From assembly GCA_964016885.1 (NCBI GenBank), contig OZ024742.1:54932001-54996000 (forward strand): 64,000 nucleotides of DNA, read 5' to 3'. The notes under the pieces are model-generated. The model was not told the DNA's origin and did not search any database. It saw only the letters and a list, made by a program, of their open reading frames with translations. The DNA is from Eledone cirrhosa (Eukaryota). Of the stretch, positions 13,362 through 25,750 are shown in pieces (positions within the stretch are counted from its first letter, which is position 1; each line of letters starts with the position of its first letter). Position numbers and translations under genes: made by a program.

Positions 13362-14240
13362 AAAAGAATGAAACGAAATTTCATTTCTCACTCTTAGTAC
13401 GGGTGATACCTAAATATAGGTATGTATACGTACATACATATATGTGTACAGACGCACGGTAGTATATATATATATGCATATATGCACACATATATATGTA
13501 CGTATGGGTTTACGAACATTTATAATAATGTTCGGTTTGTAAACAAACAGCCCGAATTACAACGTACAGTGCTCGGCAACCATCGTCGCCCTTTTGTTCA
13601 ACACTGACAAAGGAACGATGTACTAGTTTCAAGCTTATTAGCTATCGTTAGCATCGTATACCTTTCTGTCAGATGATTGAACGTCTGAAAGTATATACTT
13701 TCCGTATCTATATTAACGGCTGAGCAGCCTAATTTGCATATCGAGTGAGTTAGTCGGCCGGGCGCACCGAAAACGATAAATAGAAAAGAATTAAACGAAA
13801 TTTCATTTCTTACTCTTAGTACAGTGATACCTAAATATAAGTATGTATACGTACATACATTTATGTGTACAGACGCACAGTAGTATGTATATATATACAT
13901 ACATGCACACATATATATGTAAGTATGGGTTTACCGAACAATTATTATAATGCTCAGTTTGTTTGTAAACAAACAGCCTGAATTACGCCGTACATTGCTC
14001 GGCAACCATCGTCGCCCTTTTGTTCAACACTGACACAGATAAGATGTAATAGTTTCAAGCTTATTAGCTATCGTCAGCATCGTATACCTTTCTGTCAGAT
14101 GATTGAACGTCTGAGAGTATATACTTTCCGTAAGCATATTAACGGCTGAGCAGCCTAATTTGCATATCGAATGAGTTAGTCGGCCGGGCATACCGAAAAC
14201 GATAAATGGAAAAGAATGAAACGAAATTTAATTCCTCACA
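13358..14240 (-). repeat. Retrozyme-like tandem repeat, family C, about 2 units of 426 nt
   Basis: One HHR per unit: 13616-13656 (core CTAACGA, mutated) and 14043-14081 (CTGACGA intact, stem III imperfect). Flanked by TA tracts. Confidence 0.8.
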
Positions 14241-14250
14241 CTTATATATA

Positions 14251-14342
<92 letters not shown>

Positions 14343-14701
14343 CGTATATATATATATATGTATATATATAGTGTGGAGAACAGAAAAGGCGAATATAATT
14401 ACGTCGTTATGTGGATCGATGAGAACAATTACACGCAACGAGAAAACCACGTTTTTATGGTATAAATGAAGTCGTAGACTAATATCCTATTTAGGAACCC
14501 GAATGATTCTCGGCTTCAGAGTTAAGAATAATGTAAATAAATTAATAGAACGAAAATGACAGAGATTATTGAAATCAACAATAATTAAATATATATATAG
14601 ACGCATCCACACATATAGACATATGCATACGCGAAAACACCCGCCATGCATGCATATACAAGAACGTGCACATAAACACGCGCACACGTACATAACAAAG
14701 T

Positions 14702-14759
<58 letters not shown>

Positions 14760-14863
14760 TAGATAGCGGCTGACAGAGATAGAAGCTACTAAATAATCGG
14801 TCGCCCTATTGTCTCTGATTTACAGCCCCATGGATTTTATCTGTTATATTCCTTTGTTATATT

Positions 14864-14914
14864 TTGAATATCTGATGATGTCACCGGATTGACACTGAAC
14901 CCGGTCATTGAAAT
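14864..14914 (+). ncRNA. Degenerate hammerhead (family D) in a pseudo-LTR-like fragment
   Basis: CTGATGA 14872-14878, stem II TGTCA/TGACA, GAAC instead of GAAA, then CCGG-TC, followed by AATAAA. Stem I is poor. Confidence 0.45.
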
Positions 14915-15489
14915 GATCATAGAATAATAAAGCTTTCAAGGATTTACACCAGTCCAGCCTCCTGTCATTTTATAATAATTAACTCCGTCGTACTCGCACC
15001 ACCAACTACACAAACGAAGATGGGTGCGTTGCATTACGTTGAGTACTCTCCATGGTATTACATCGAGGATGACCATACGGATTGACCAGTTCTATCCAGT
15101 GGTAAACCATCCAATTTCTCTTGACCATTATCTTTTGCTTGTCATAAATCTCTAAAAGGCTACACAATAAATTCCCAAATACGGGCGGGAAATTTAATGA
15201 ACTTGTTCACGTGACAACCATAATTTCATTTATAACGAAGCAAATTATAGTTATTTAAAAAAAAGCATTCGTGAGCCACTTTTTTGAAAGTAAAAAGAAA
15301 TTCAAACACTCATATATGAAAAAACAACCTGAGCCCGCCTCCCTTGTTTGAAGAACTTTGTAACGCGAACTAAAGCGAAATGTATTATACTTATTGACCA
15401 AACAGTCAAATTACTTCTCTAGAAACCTGGCGTTTCAAGCCACTTTTTTACATATAAAACAAGTAACATTCAAAGACCAACCGGAGTGA

Positions 15490-15826
15490 GAAAAACCACA
15501 GACCCTCCATCTCAACTCTACTTTTGAAAAGCAGAAGAGCTACGAAACCGGTAAAGGGACCAAATAATATATATATATATTTTTGAATAAGACTCCAGTT
15601 GCATTTTCGATTTCATGTTTTTTTCTTTATAGTTTCACTCGTGTAGGACACCTCGGTTATTTTTCATTTTGTAAAAAAAACCACACTTTCTAATATATAT
15701 ATATATATAGAAAAATAGAGGAAATCGAAAATGCAAATGGAGTCCTATTTTAAAAAATATATATATATATTTACAGTTCTTCTGCTTTTCAAAAGTAGAG
15801 TTGAGATGGAGAGTCTGTGGTTTTTC
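15490..15826. repeat. Nested inverted repeats; central block recurs at 51685-51840
   Basis: 15491-15538 pairs with 15777-15825 and 15570-15614 pairs with 15721-15765. The GACTCCAGTTGCATTTTCGATTTC block is also at 51740. Confidence 0.7.
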
Positions 15827-15832
15827 GTTATA

Positions 15833-15891
<59 letters not shown>

Positions 15892-15968
15892 TAGTGTATA
15901 TATATATATATATATATAAATATAGTGTATATATATAGATATAGTGTATATATATATATATATATATA

Positions 15969-16084
<116 letters not shown>

Positions 16085-16257
16085 GAGCTACTTAACTTAC
16101 TGGTAATAAGGTAGTAATACATTACTGCCTACCACTATTTAGGGTGTGTGTAAAATACTTACAACTGCTTAAGGTTTTGTGTTTACATAACCATAAATAG
16201 TATAACTAATACTATATATATATATATATATATAGTGTATATGTATATATATATATA

Positions 16258-16361
<104 letters not shown>

Positions 16362-16387
16362 GTGTATATATATACACTATATATATG

Positions 16388-16670
16388 TGTCAGGTCACCA
16401 CTTGGTGCTACTGGTAACATGTATCCCAGTACAACCTGTCCCATGGTCGGGTTGTTGGCGACTAAACTGGCAACCCCACCAAGGTTTCTTGGTGAGGAGG
16501 GTGATTTTGGACATCCTGCAGGACTAAAAACAAAACCTGTCAAACGGCAAAGGAGCTCTTAAGAATCAATGGCCATCCAAAATCACCGGGATAGATGACC
16601 CCTTAGCCTTTGTCAAGGCAGAATTCTAGGAGAAGGAAAACTCTGATATAACACCTGCAACCCTGATGGT
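16388..16670 (+). mobile_element. Probable 5' UTR fragment of an RTE-type LINE
   Basis: GC-richer island after a TA tract containing GGAGAAGGAAAACTCTG, a motif I associate with RTE 5' UTRs. No coding support. Confidence 0.35.
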
Positions 16671-17196
16671 ATCCAATGATGTTGACTTGTTCTTCTTTTT
16701 GGTAAATAACATCTTGGTTAAGACAGTGGGCCTGGCTTTGTGCAGTGCTTTTGCTCACTATAAAAGCTTCACGGCACAGGCATTGCTTTATATCTGGAGA
16801 TCTCTCTGCACTTGTCATCACATGGTACCATGGGCCCAGCACTATGTGTCAATAATTGTCACAAGTGTAGTGTTTGTACCAAAGTTTTCAAGTCGCTGGC
16901 TGGACTAAAAAGTCGCACTTGTTCAGCGCATCGGTAGGGGTTCTCCTACATGGATATAAAGTAGTGGCCGTACTCGAAAACGAGTTGGCAGCCACCATAT
17001 ATATGAGTGTGTTAAAGTTTGCTTGAAGCATTGTGAAATGTGTAAAATACGTAGTTAAGAAAGCCACAACAATGCAGAGGGGAATCTCGAGGTAGGAAGT
17101 GAATGATAGATAGGAGAAACAAGTGAAAGTGAAAATTGAGAGAGACAAAGATGAAAACAAAAGAAATGTAGAAGGGTTACCATAGTGGAGATTTAA

Positions 17197-17232
17197 TCCC
17201 AATATTTCGGGCTCACGCCCATCAACGGGGGA
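17197..17232 (-). ncRNA. Degenerate ultra-minimal hammerhead (family E)
   Basis: TCCC-CCGTTGA-T-GGGC-gtga-GCCC-GAAA-TA-TT-GGGA then ATTAAA; two core mismatches; about 760 nt downstream of the PLE stop. Confidence 0.5.
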
Positions 17233-17399
17233 AAAGTTCCAAAAGGAGGGGAACAGGCAAAGCGGAGAAAGTTGTGATGTCGTTAAGACAGGAATGCCGT
17301 TATGGGGAGAAAATTATTTAAAATTTAAACGCGTGCGCGTGATAGGCTGTGGCAAAAGCTACTGACCAAATGGGTTAAATCAAGAGGGTGCGCTAGCGT

Positions 17400-17965
17400 G
17401 TGAAAGCCGTAAAATATGTGTGTGTAAATATATATGTGTGTGTAACTGTGTGTGTAACTGTGTGTGTATAAGTGTAAGTGTGTATATGTGTGCGTGTGTG
17501 TGTGTGTGAAAGATAGTGGGCTGTAGAAGCTGGAAATCAAAGGGTGTGAAAGGTGGTAGGTTGTAAAACATGTGTGCGTGTATAAATATAGATGTGTGTG
17601 TGTAAGCGTATGGGTAAACATGTGTGTGTAACTGTGTGTGTATATGTGTGAGTGCGTGTGTGTGTGAAAGATAGTGGGCTGTAGAAGCTGGAAATCAAAG
17701 GGTGTGAAAGGTGGTAGGTTGTAAAAACATGTGTGCGTGTATAAATATAGATGTGTGTGTGTAAGCGTATGGGTAAACATGTGTGTGTAACTGTGTGTGT
17801 ATATGTGTGAGTGCGTGTGTATGTGAAAGATAGTGGGCTGTAGAAGCTGGAAATCAAAGGGTGTGAAAGGTGGTAGGTTGTAAAAACATGTGTGCGTGTA
17901 TAAATATAGATGTGTGTGTATATGCGTATGGGTATGCATATACGTGCGTGTGTGTGAAGATAGCG
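17400..17965. repeat. About 159-nt minisatellite in the PLE 3' UTR (about 3.5 units)
   Basis: GTGAAAGATAGTGGGCTGTAGAAGCTGGAAATCAAAGGG recurs at ~17506, 17664 and 17823. Confidence 0.9.
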
Positions 17966-17993
17966 GGCCGTAGGCTGTGAATGGTCACTATGG

Positions 17994-19205
17994 TTAAGTT
18001 AGCCATGTCAGCTCATTTCTCTCAGCCCGGTTGTTAAGTGGGGGTCTGAGGTTTTTAATAACAAGTGCTTCCTTTATCCTTAAGGATCCGATGCTACGTT
18101 CAGTCGCTAGGACTGTGACCAAGGGTCTACCCTGTGGGTTTCCGCATTTAAGGATGTGTTTACGGGAGGAAGATGCGTTGGTGTTGATATGTTCCTTGAT
18201 ACGAACATGTAGGGGTCGGATGTTGCTACCTATGTAAAACTTGTTACATTTATCGCATTGAATCTTATATACGACATAGGTGCGTAGGTAATCTGCCCCC
18301 CGTATCGGGCAGTTGCTGAGGGAACACGTCCCATCTGACTCGTCGGGTTTGTTGGAGAGGCATCTTCGCAGCGAAGGTCCTGTGTGGGCCAAATGTATGT
18401 CAAGTCCCTCCGTCCGTATGGCCCTGCGGATGGCGTTCGTGGTATATTCACTCAGGTGGGGGATTTTAAAGAAGCACCTGCTTTTATTTAAGTTTCTAGT
18501 GGGTGTCTGTCTATTGGGTCTGGGGTCTCTAATTCCGTTAATCAGTCGCTTGGGATAACCATTAGATCTGAGTAGATTACGGAATTGCGTGGTATGGGTG
18601 AGACCACCCATCGGGTCGCTGCATCTGTTAGTGATCCGTGTCAGTTCATTTAGGACATAGCCTCTCTTAGCGTTGTTGGGGAGGGCTGAGTTGTAATGCA
18701 CAAATAAGTCCTTGCACGCTGCTTTGCGGTAGAAGGTGGTGTTTATGTCTCCTTCTTCCGAGATGTTGATACGGAAGTCGAGGAGGGCGAGTGACCCGTC
18801 TTCTCCTGGTTGTTCGATGGTGAAATCGACGTGATGGTCAGTATCGTTGAAGATTTGGTGAATTTCATTCGCCATCTCCCGGGAAGAAGTAAGTATCAGG
18901 ATGTCATCAACGTATCTGGAGTAGAAGGCGACGGCGTTGGGTTGGCAGGTATTGAGTGCCTTGCGCTCCAGGTGGTCCATGTACGAGATCGCAAGTATGC
19001 CGGACAGACTAGAGCCCATAGGTAGCCCAGATATTTGTTTGTACGTGTGGCCGAGGAAATTGAAGAGTGCATTATCCACAACGAAGGAGAGGAGTTGGTG
19101 GATGTCCGTGTGTGTGAGTCCGAAGCAGTGTAAGTTAGATGCTCGGACTCGTTCGGTGAACAGGTCGACGGCTGGGGATGCTGGTACGGAGGTATAAAGG
19201 GCGAT
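17994..19205 (-). CDS. PLE reverse transcriptase-GIY-YIG endonuclease, 5'-truncated open frame
   Basis: IALYTSVP (RT3, in frame upstream of 19079), [38 protein letters not shown] thumb, [17 protein letters not shown]...RIKEH...EAL.I....P.LN. Confidence 0.93.
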   Translation of the reverse strand: MALYTSVPASPAVDLFTERVRASNLHCFGLTHTDIHQLLSFVVDNALFNFLGHTYKQISGLPMGSSLSGILAISYMDHLERKALNTCQPNAVAFYSRYVDDILILTSSREMANEIHQIFNDTDHHVDFTIEQPGEDGSLALLDFRINISEEGDINTTFYRKAACKDLFVHYNSALPNNAKRGYVLNELTRITNRCSDPMGGLTHTTQFRNLLRSNGYPKRLINGIRDPRPNRQTPTRNLNKSRCFFKIPHLSEYTTNAIRRAIRTEGLDIHLAHTGPSLRRCLSNKPDESDGTCSLSNCPIRGADYLRTYVVYKIQCDKCNKFYIGSNIRPLHVRIKEHINTNASSSRKHILKCGNPQGRPLVTVLATERSIGSLRIKEALVIKNLRPPLNNRAERNELTWLT

Positions 19206-19278
19206 AGTGTATATATATATAGTGTATATATATATATATAGTGTATATATATATATATAGTGTATATATATATATATA

Positions 19279-19387
<109 letters not shown>

Positions 19388-19399
19388 ACTATATATATA

Positions 19400-19467
<68 letters not shown>

Positions 19468-19560
19468 TATATATATATATATATACACTATATATATATA
19501 TATATACACTATATATATATATATACACTATATATATATGTGTATATATATATATATGTG

Positions 19561-19680
19561 AAGGCGTGTGGCAGAGTGGTTAGACAATTGGATTCACAAT
19601 CTTGAGGTTGTGAGTTCGATTCCTGAACCGGGCGATGTGTTATGTCCTTGAGCAAGACACTTTATTTCACGTTGCTCCTT
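19561..19680 (+). mobile_element. tRNA-derived SINE head (family S2)
   Basis: A box TGGCAGAGTGG, B box GAGTTCGATTCC, then GTCCTTGAGCAAGACACTT. Confidence 0.8.
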
Positions 19681-19776
19681 CTACCTGGAGTTTCGACCGA
19701 TAGATAGTAATAGCAATTGGAAAGACCAACGGAAACATTGTTTCCTAGGTCCGATTTGACGAAAGTCTATCGATCA

Positions 19777-19843
<67 letters not shown>

Positions 19844-19865
19844 TATATATATATATATATATATA

Positions 19866-19901
<36 letters not shown>

Positions 19902-19993
19902 TATATATATATATATATATATATATAGTGTATAAATATATAGTGTGTATATATATATATTTATATATATAGTGTATAATATATATATATATA

Positions 19994-20031
<38 letters not shown>

Positions 20032-20100
20032 TATAAATATATAGTGTGTATATATATATATTTATATATATAGTGTATAATATATATATATATATAGTGT

Positions 20101-20720
20101 ATATTTATTAAAATAACAGATTAAAGTTTAAGCAAAGAATCGCTGCTTTCACCCTTAATGGGATCTTCTGAAACTAACAAAGTCAATCTGTAAACGCAGA
20201 ACTGGATATTTCAAAAAACGTTGCAACCGGAGGAAGACAGGAAGACGATACTTTGGTTCATGGTGACGTTCGCTGGCAAAGAACGGGAAAAATCGAATAA
20301 TACGTCATTAATAGGAGCGGTGAAAAACAATTACGTGCAAGGACAGAACCACGTTTATGGTATAAAAGAGGTTGTAGACTAATGTTCTCTAAGGGGTGCA
20401 TATTGCCAGAGAACGTCTCTATGCACCACTTAGAGAACATTAGTCTACGACCTCTTTTATACCATAAACGTGGTTCTGTCCTTGCACGTAATTGTTTTTC
20501 ACCGCTCCTATTAATGACGTATTTTCGTTTTTTCCCGTTCTTTGCCAGCGAACGTCACCATGAACCAAAGTATCGTCTTCCTGTCTTCCTCCGGTTGCAA
20601 CGGTTTTTGAAATATCCAGTTCTGCGTTTACAGATTGACTTTGTTAGTTTCAGAAGATCCCGTAAAGGGTGAAAGCAGCGATTCTTTGCTTAAACTTTAA
20701 TCTGTTATTTTAATAAATAT
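20101..20720. mobile_element. About 300-bp-arm inverted repeat of family B with outward-facing variant HHRs
   Basis: Arms nearly but not perfectly complementary, centre ~20410. HHR-like motifs at 20125-20175 (-) and 20646-20696 (+): AGTTT-CAGAAGA-tCCC..GGGt-GAAA-GCA..TGC-TT-AAACT. Confidence 0.8.
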
Positions 20721-20811
20721 TTGCTCTTCGGTTCTTATATATTTGATATATATTTTCCTTATCGAGCCCTCTCTGGATTTTAGTCTTCAATTTCATTATT
20801 ATTACTATATA

Positions 20812-20863
<52 letters not shown>

Positions 20864-20949
20864 TATATATATATAGTGTATATATATATATAGTGTATAT
20901 ATATATATATAGCATATATATATATATAGCATATATATATATATATATA

Positions 20950-20983
<34 letters not shown>

Positions 20984-21039
20984 TATATATATATATAGTG
21001 TATATATATATATATAATGTATATATATATATATTATGA

Positions 21040-21400
21040 AAATATTATGAAAATAAAACAAAGAAGCCTTCAATACATCAAAAGTATTTATTAGCCAACA
21101 ATGTTTCGTCCTATTAAGGACTCATCGGGGCAATCAAAACCACAAGAAGTACTATCGGCCAATACAAGCCGAAAACTCCGAAGAATATGGAGTGTACATA
21201 CACTAATGTATTGGAAGATTATGGGTAAAAATATATAATAAAAATTACTAAGGAGGTGGATAACATTTTGAACCATATTACAAATATAGTCCAAAGCCAA
21301 AAAAACTAGAGCTAAACAAAGGTGGTTATATAGAGCGGGAATTATAGTACTATATATAATACAATATAATATAATATAATATACTTGTAACAATATTAAA
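21040..21400 (-). mobile_element. Inverted pseudo-LTR at the 5' end of a PLE, with HHR at 21094-21131 (family F)
   Basis: RC: GCC-CCGATGA-GTCCT-taat-AGGAC-GAAA-CATTG-TT-GGC then TAATAAA (U4C variant). Homologous to 55568-55930. Confidence 0.8.
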
Positions 21401-21409
21401 ATTAAAATT

Positions 21410-22930
21410 AGATAGAAACGATAGAGCGGTCAACTTTTTAGATGTGACTTTGGACTTGGTCACTAATAGTTTTAAACCCTTCCATAAGCCTAATGAAATA
21501 CTTTCTTATGTTAGTCCCAATTCTAACCACCCCAAATCTATGATAAGCTCTATAATTAAGGGTGTATCTAATAGGATTTCCACACTCTCTAAGGACGTAG
21601 GAACATTTAATGAACATGCGGAGTACTATAATAATGTCCTAGCTAATTCCGGTTACTCTAGTAAAATACATTATAATAATAGTAACCTTAGAAAGTCTCC
21701 GCTTACTTATAATAATAATAACATAATATCCCATAACATGGCCATGAATGGGAGTAGGAAGCATAATAATCGTAGAAATTACATAGGTGTATCTGAACCC
21801 ATCCATAAGTTAACCCACCGGACTCGTAATAGGGAATATAATACCTCTAGGAATCAAGTCGAACCCTCTGAGCACTCACTCATTGGTGATGATTTTGCTA
21901 GATCTAATTCTAATAATGTTGTTTCTACTGATCCTATTATTGGCCCTAATCCTTTTGATAGGATTCCAGACAGCAGCAGATCTACTAGAGGTAGAAACAG
22001 TAAGAGACTTAATGGAATTTTGGCTGATTCTAATACTGCGGTTTTAACTAATCCTTGTAATAACCCTAGTCTTAATAATGGGATATTAGATAATGGTAGA
22101 GTTGGAAAGAATAAAAATAGAAGGAGACTAAATACTTATTTTAACCCGCCATATAATCAGGAAGTATTAACTAATATCCCTAGGTCTTTCTTTTCTATTT
22201 TAGAGAAAAATTTCCCCCCTTCTCATAAATACCATAGTATTTTTAATAAAAATGTTATTAAACTTTCATTCTCTACCACCCCTAATATTAGTTCTCGTTT
22301 AGCTAGCACTAACAATAGGAAAATTAGGGATCTAACAATAGGAAAATTAGGGATGGATACTCCTCTCTACATACTACTAGTCTGAACAGATCTGCAAATG
22401 CCTTACCACCAGAGCAGACCTTTTCTAATAGTAATCCTACGTGTAATGCATCACTACTTCAGCCAATCAATAGCACCCGGAAGTGTAACTGTAGAATGAG
22501 TGCTAACTGCCCTTTAAACGGTAACTGCCTCTCTAAGAACATCGTCTATGCTTGCGTAGTTATAACTAATTCCTCTAATAGAACTTATATAGGCTCTACA
22601 TCTAACACTTTTAAGACTAGGTTTAATTCTCATATCTCTAATTTCAAACATGTTAAGTTTAAGAATTCTACTTCTTTAGCACACTATATCTGGGATCTTA
22701 AGGGGACTAATATACCATATAGCCTTAATTGGCGTTTAGTAGCACGCTCTAATAACCTTTCTACACATACTAAATTTTGTAATCTCTGTATCCTCGAGAC
22801 ACGCTCTATAATTTTCTCTAGTTAATCCTTACTTAATAGAAAGTCTGAGATATTCTCTTCTTGCCCCCACGCTATTTCTAATTCTTACTTTTATTATAAA
22901 CCTAAAGGTTCTAGTAGTGAAAATTGTATC
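21410..22930 (+). pseudogene. 5'-truncated PLE RT-thumb/linker/GIY-YIG, frameshifted (Naiad-like Cys pattern, inferred)
   Basis: VNFLDVTLDL...FKPFHKPN..YV...SNHP, FNPPY, CNCRMSANCPLNGNCL, IVYAC...YIGST..FKTRFNSH, STSLAHYIWDLK, CNLC, LLNRKSEIFSSCPH. 23-bp tandem duplication at 22309-22354 shifts the frame; premature TAA at 22823. Confidence 0.9.
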
Positions 22931-24240
22931 CATGAGCTGATATATTCCATTACTTATTTTTTTTTTTAGTTTAGGTTCTTTTTTGTTTACCACCATTATT
23001 ATCATCATTATTATCATTGGTTTTTGACAACTTTTTATTCTAGCTCTCATAATCTTTTGGCTACTATCCCATATCTATCTTCTTACACATTAAATGTTTA
23101 TATCTGATTATATATTTTATATTATTTTATTTTATTTCATTATATTTTATTTTATTTAGATTCTTCTTTGGATAACCATGCACACATAAACTTATTGCCA
23201 ACCCCTTCAAATATATTATGATTATATTTAATCCCCCCTCTTTTATGCTCCATTCTATTATATAATACAGTATATTGATTATGATTTTATGCTCCTTTGT
23301 ATCCTACATACATTTCTTTTATTCTGTCCCTATTAGCCTACCATAATTCTGCTTAAGTCAGTTTTTTAGATATCGTTATGTAAATGATAGTAGAATATTT
23401 CATTCCTTTTTATATATATTTATAGTGAAATATTAATGTTTAGGAATTTTGATTACTTAAACCATAGCTAATATTGTATTGCCTTATTAGGTATTTTAAA
23501 TATTTTCAATATTAATTTATCAAATAGGGTTTTCTAGTCATTTAGCTGGGTTGTTTCCTAAGTTTTTACTTAACTGCATGTGAGACCTAAGTAAATACTT
23601 TTGTTTTTGATTTTTAATTTCCGGTTGATTTTATTTATTTATTTATTAATACTACTGTGCATAATATTTTCTGTCTGGCCCTTATTCACTCATTCACATA
23701 TGTGTCTGTTTACCAACCTTGTAATTATAAGTAATTATATATTATATTATGTTCATTATTTTATATTGAAGTTGTTATTGTACTTTTGATCCTTATTACT
23801 TACCGATGATTTTATGTACCATTATGATATGTAAAATTTTATATATCATGTAAGATGTTTATATTTTTGTACCTCATAATTTTAGGTACTGTAGAATTTA
23901 TATTTTTTTCTCACCTACTCTGTAACTCTATATGAATTGATTTGTTAACTTACATGCCATTATATATTATATATTATTATATTATTATTATAGTATTATT
24001 GTGACATCTATATTGTTTGTGTAAATTAACCGGAGATTATCTATTATATTATATTATATATTATATAATTATATAGTTTATTATATATTATATGTGTTAC
24101 TTTTAATCATTTCAATACTTCATGTTATACTGTATATTAGATATACGTATTATTATTATTTTTATTCCTATTATGCTTATTTATATTTCAACTCTTAATA
24201 AAGTTTAATTTGTGCTGTTATGTTGTTTATTACATACCTA
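22930..24240 (+). mobile_element. AT-rich 3' UTR of the family F PLE
   Basis: 23560-24200 is a diverged reverse complement of 56060-56790 (e.g. ACCTAAGTAAATACTTTTGTTTTTG and AATTAACCGGAGATTATCTATT). Confidence 0.7.
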
Positions 24241-24252
24241 TATATATAGTGC

Positions 24253-24285
<33 letters not shown>

Positions 24286-24567
24286 TATATAGTGTATATA
24301 TATATATATATATATAGTGTATATATATATATATATAGTGTATATATATATATATATACATGGTGTATATATATATATATATATATAATGTATATATATA
24401 TATATAGTGTGTATATATATATATATAGTGTGTATATATATATATATATATATAGTTTTTATATATATATATATATATATATATAGTGTATATATATAGT
24501 TTTTATATATATATATATATATATATAGTGTATATATATATATATAGTTTATATATATATATAGAGA

Positions 24568-24654
<87 letters not shown>

Positions 24655-24679
24655 TTAATTTATATATATATATATATAT

Positions 24680-25704
24680 ATATGTATACGTACATACATA
24701 TATGTATACAGACGTACAGTAGTATGTATATATATATACAGACGTACAGTAGTATGTACATATACATACATGCACACATATATATATGTGCGTATGGCTT
24801 CACCGAACAATTATTATAATGCTCGTTTTGTTTGTAAACAAACATCCCGAATTAAGCCGTACAGTGTTTAGCAACCATCGTTGCCCTTTTGTTCAAAACT
24901 GACAATGGAACGATGTTCTAGTTTCAAGCTTGTTAGCTATCATCAGCACCGTATACCTTCCTGTCAGGTGATTGAATGTCTGAAAGTATATACTTTCCTT
25001 ATGCATATTAACAGCTGAGTAGCCTAATTTGCATATCGAGTGAGTTAATCAGCCGGGCGCACCGAAAACGATAAATGGAAAAAATGAAACGAAATTTCAT
25101 TTCTCACTCTTAGTACGGCTGTTACTTAAATATAAGTATGTATACGTACATACATATATGTATACAGACGTACAGTAGTATGTATATATATACATACATG
25201 CACTCATATATATGTACGTATGGATTTACCGTAGATTTATTATAATGCTCGGTTTGTTTGTAAACAAAAATACCGAATTAAGCCGTACAGTGTTTAGCAA
25301 CCATCGTTGCCCTTTTGTTCAACACTTACAACGGAACGATGTACTAGTTTCAAGTTTATTAGCTATCGTCAGCACCGTATACCTTCCTGTCAGGTTATTG
25401 AACGTCTGAAACTATATACTTTCCTTATGCATAATAACGGCTGAGCAGCTTAATTTGCATATCGAGTAAGTTAATCGGCCGAGCGCACCGAAAACGATAA
25501 ATGAAAAAATGAAACGAAATTTCATTTCTCAATCTTATTACGGCTGTTACTTAAATATAAGTATGTATACGTACATACATATATGTATAGAGACGTACAG
25601 TAGTATGTATATATATACATACATGAACACATATATATATGTAGGTATGGATTCGACGAACAATTATTATAATGTTCGGTATGTTTGTAAACAAACATCC
25701 CGAA

Positions 25705-25707
<3 letters not shown>
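24680..25707 (-). repeat. Retrozyme-like tandem repeat, family C, about 2.4 units of 426 nt
   Basis: HHRs at 24911-24951 (U16.1->A) and 25337-25377 (CTGACGA intact, GUA site), spaced 426 nt apart. Confidence 0.8.

Positions 25708-25739
<32 letters not shown>

Positions 25740-25750
<11 letters not shown>

Larger units (their letters stand above)
16880..19205 (-). mobile_element. 5'-truncated Penelope-like element (RT + GIY-YIG) with 3' UTR and pseudo-LTR
   Basis: Contains the ORF at 17994-19205, a minisatellite 3' UTR and a degenerate HHR at 17197-17232; abuts (TA)n at 19206. Confidence 0.9.

Noticed and set aside
15530-15565. CAGAAGA-GCTAC-GAAACCGG-TA as an HHR
   Set aside because: No stem I and only 1 bp of stem II; probably a junction with a half motif.
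16393-16470. HDV-like ribozyme in the putative RTE 5' UTR (CCAGT/ACTGG with C-TAA)
   Set aside because: P1, P3 and L3 cannot be built convincingly; simple hairpins TACTGG/CCAGTA and ACAACCTG/CGGGTTGT explain the complementarity.
17325-17939. 204-aa His/Thr-rich ORF
   Set aside because: Translation of the CA-rich 159-nt minisatellite in a PLE 3' UTR.
19561-19635. tRNA gene
   Set aside because: Acceptor stem does not pair and the sequence continues into a SINE body.
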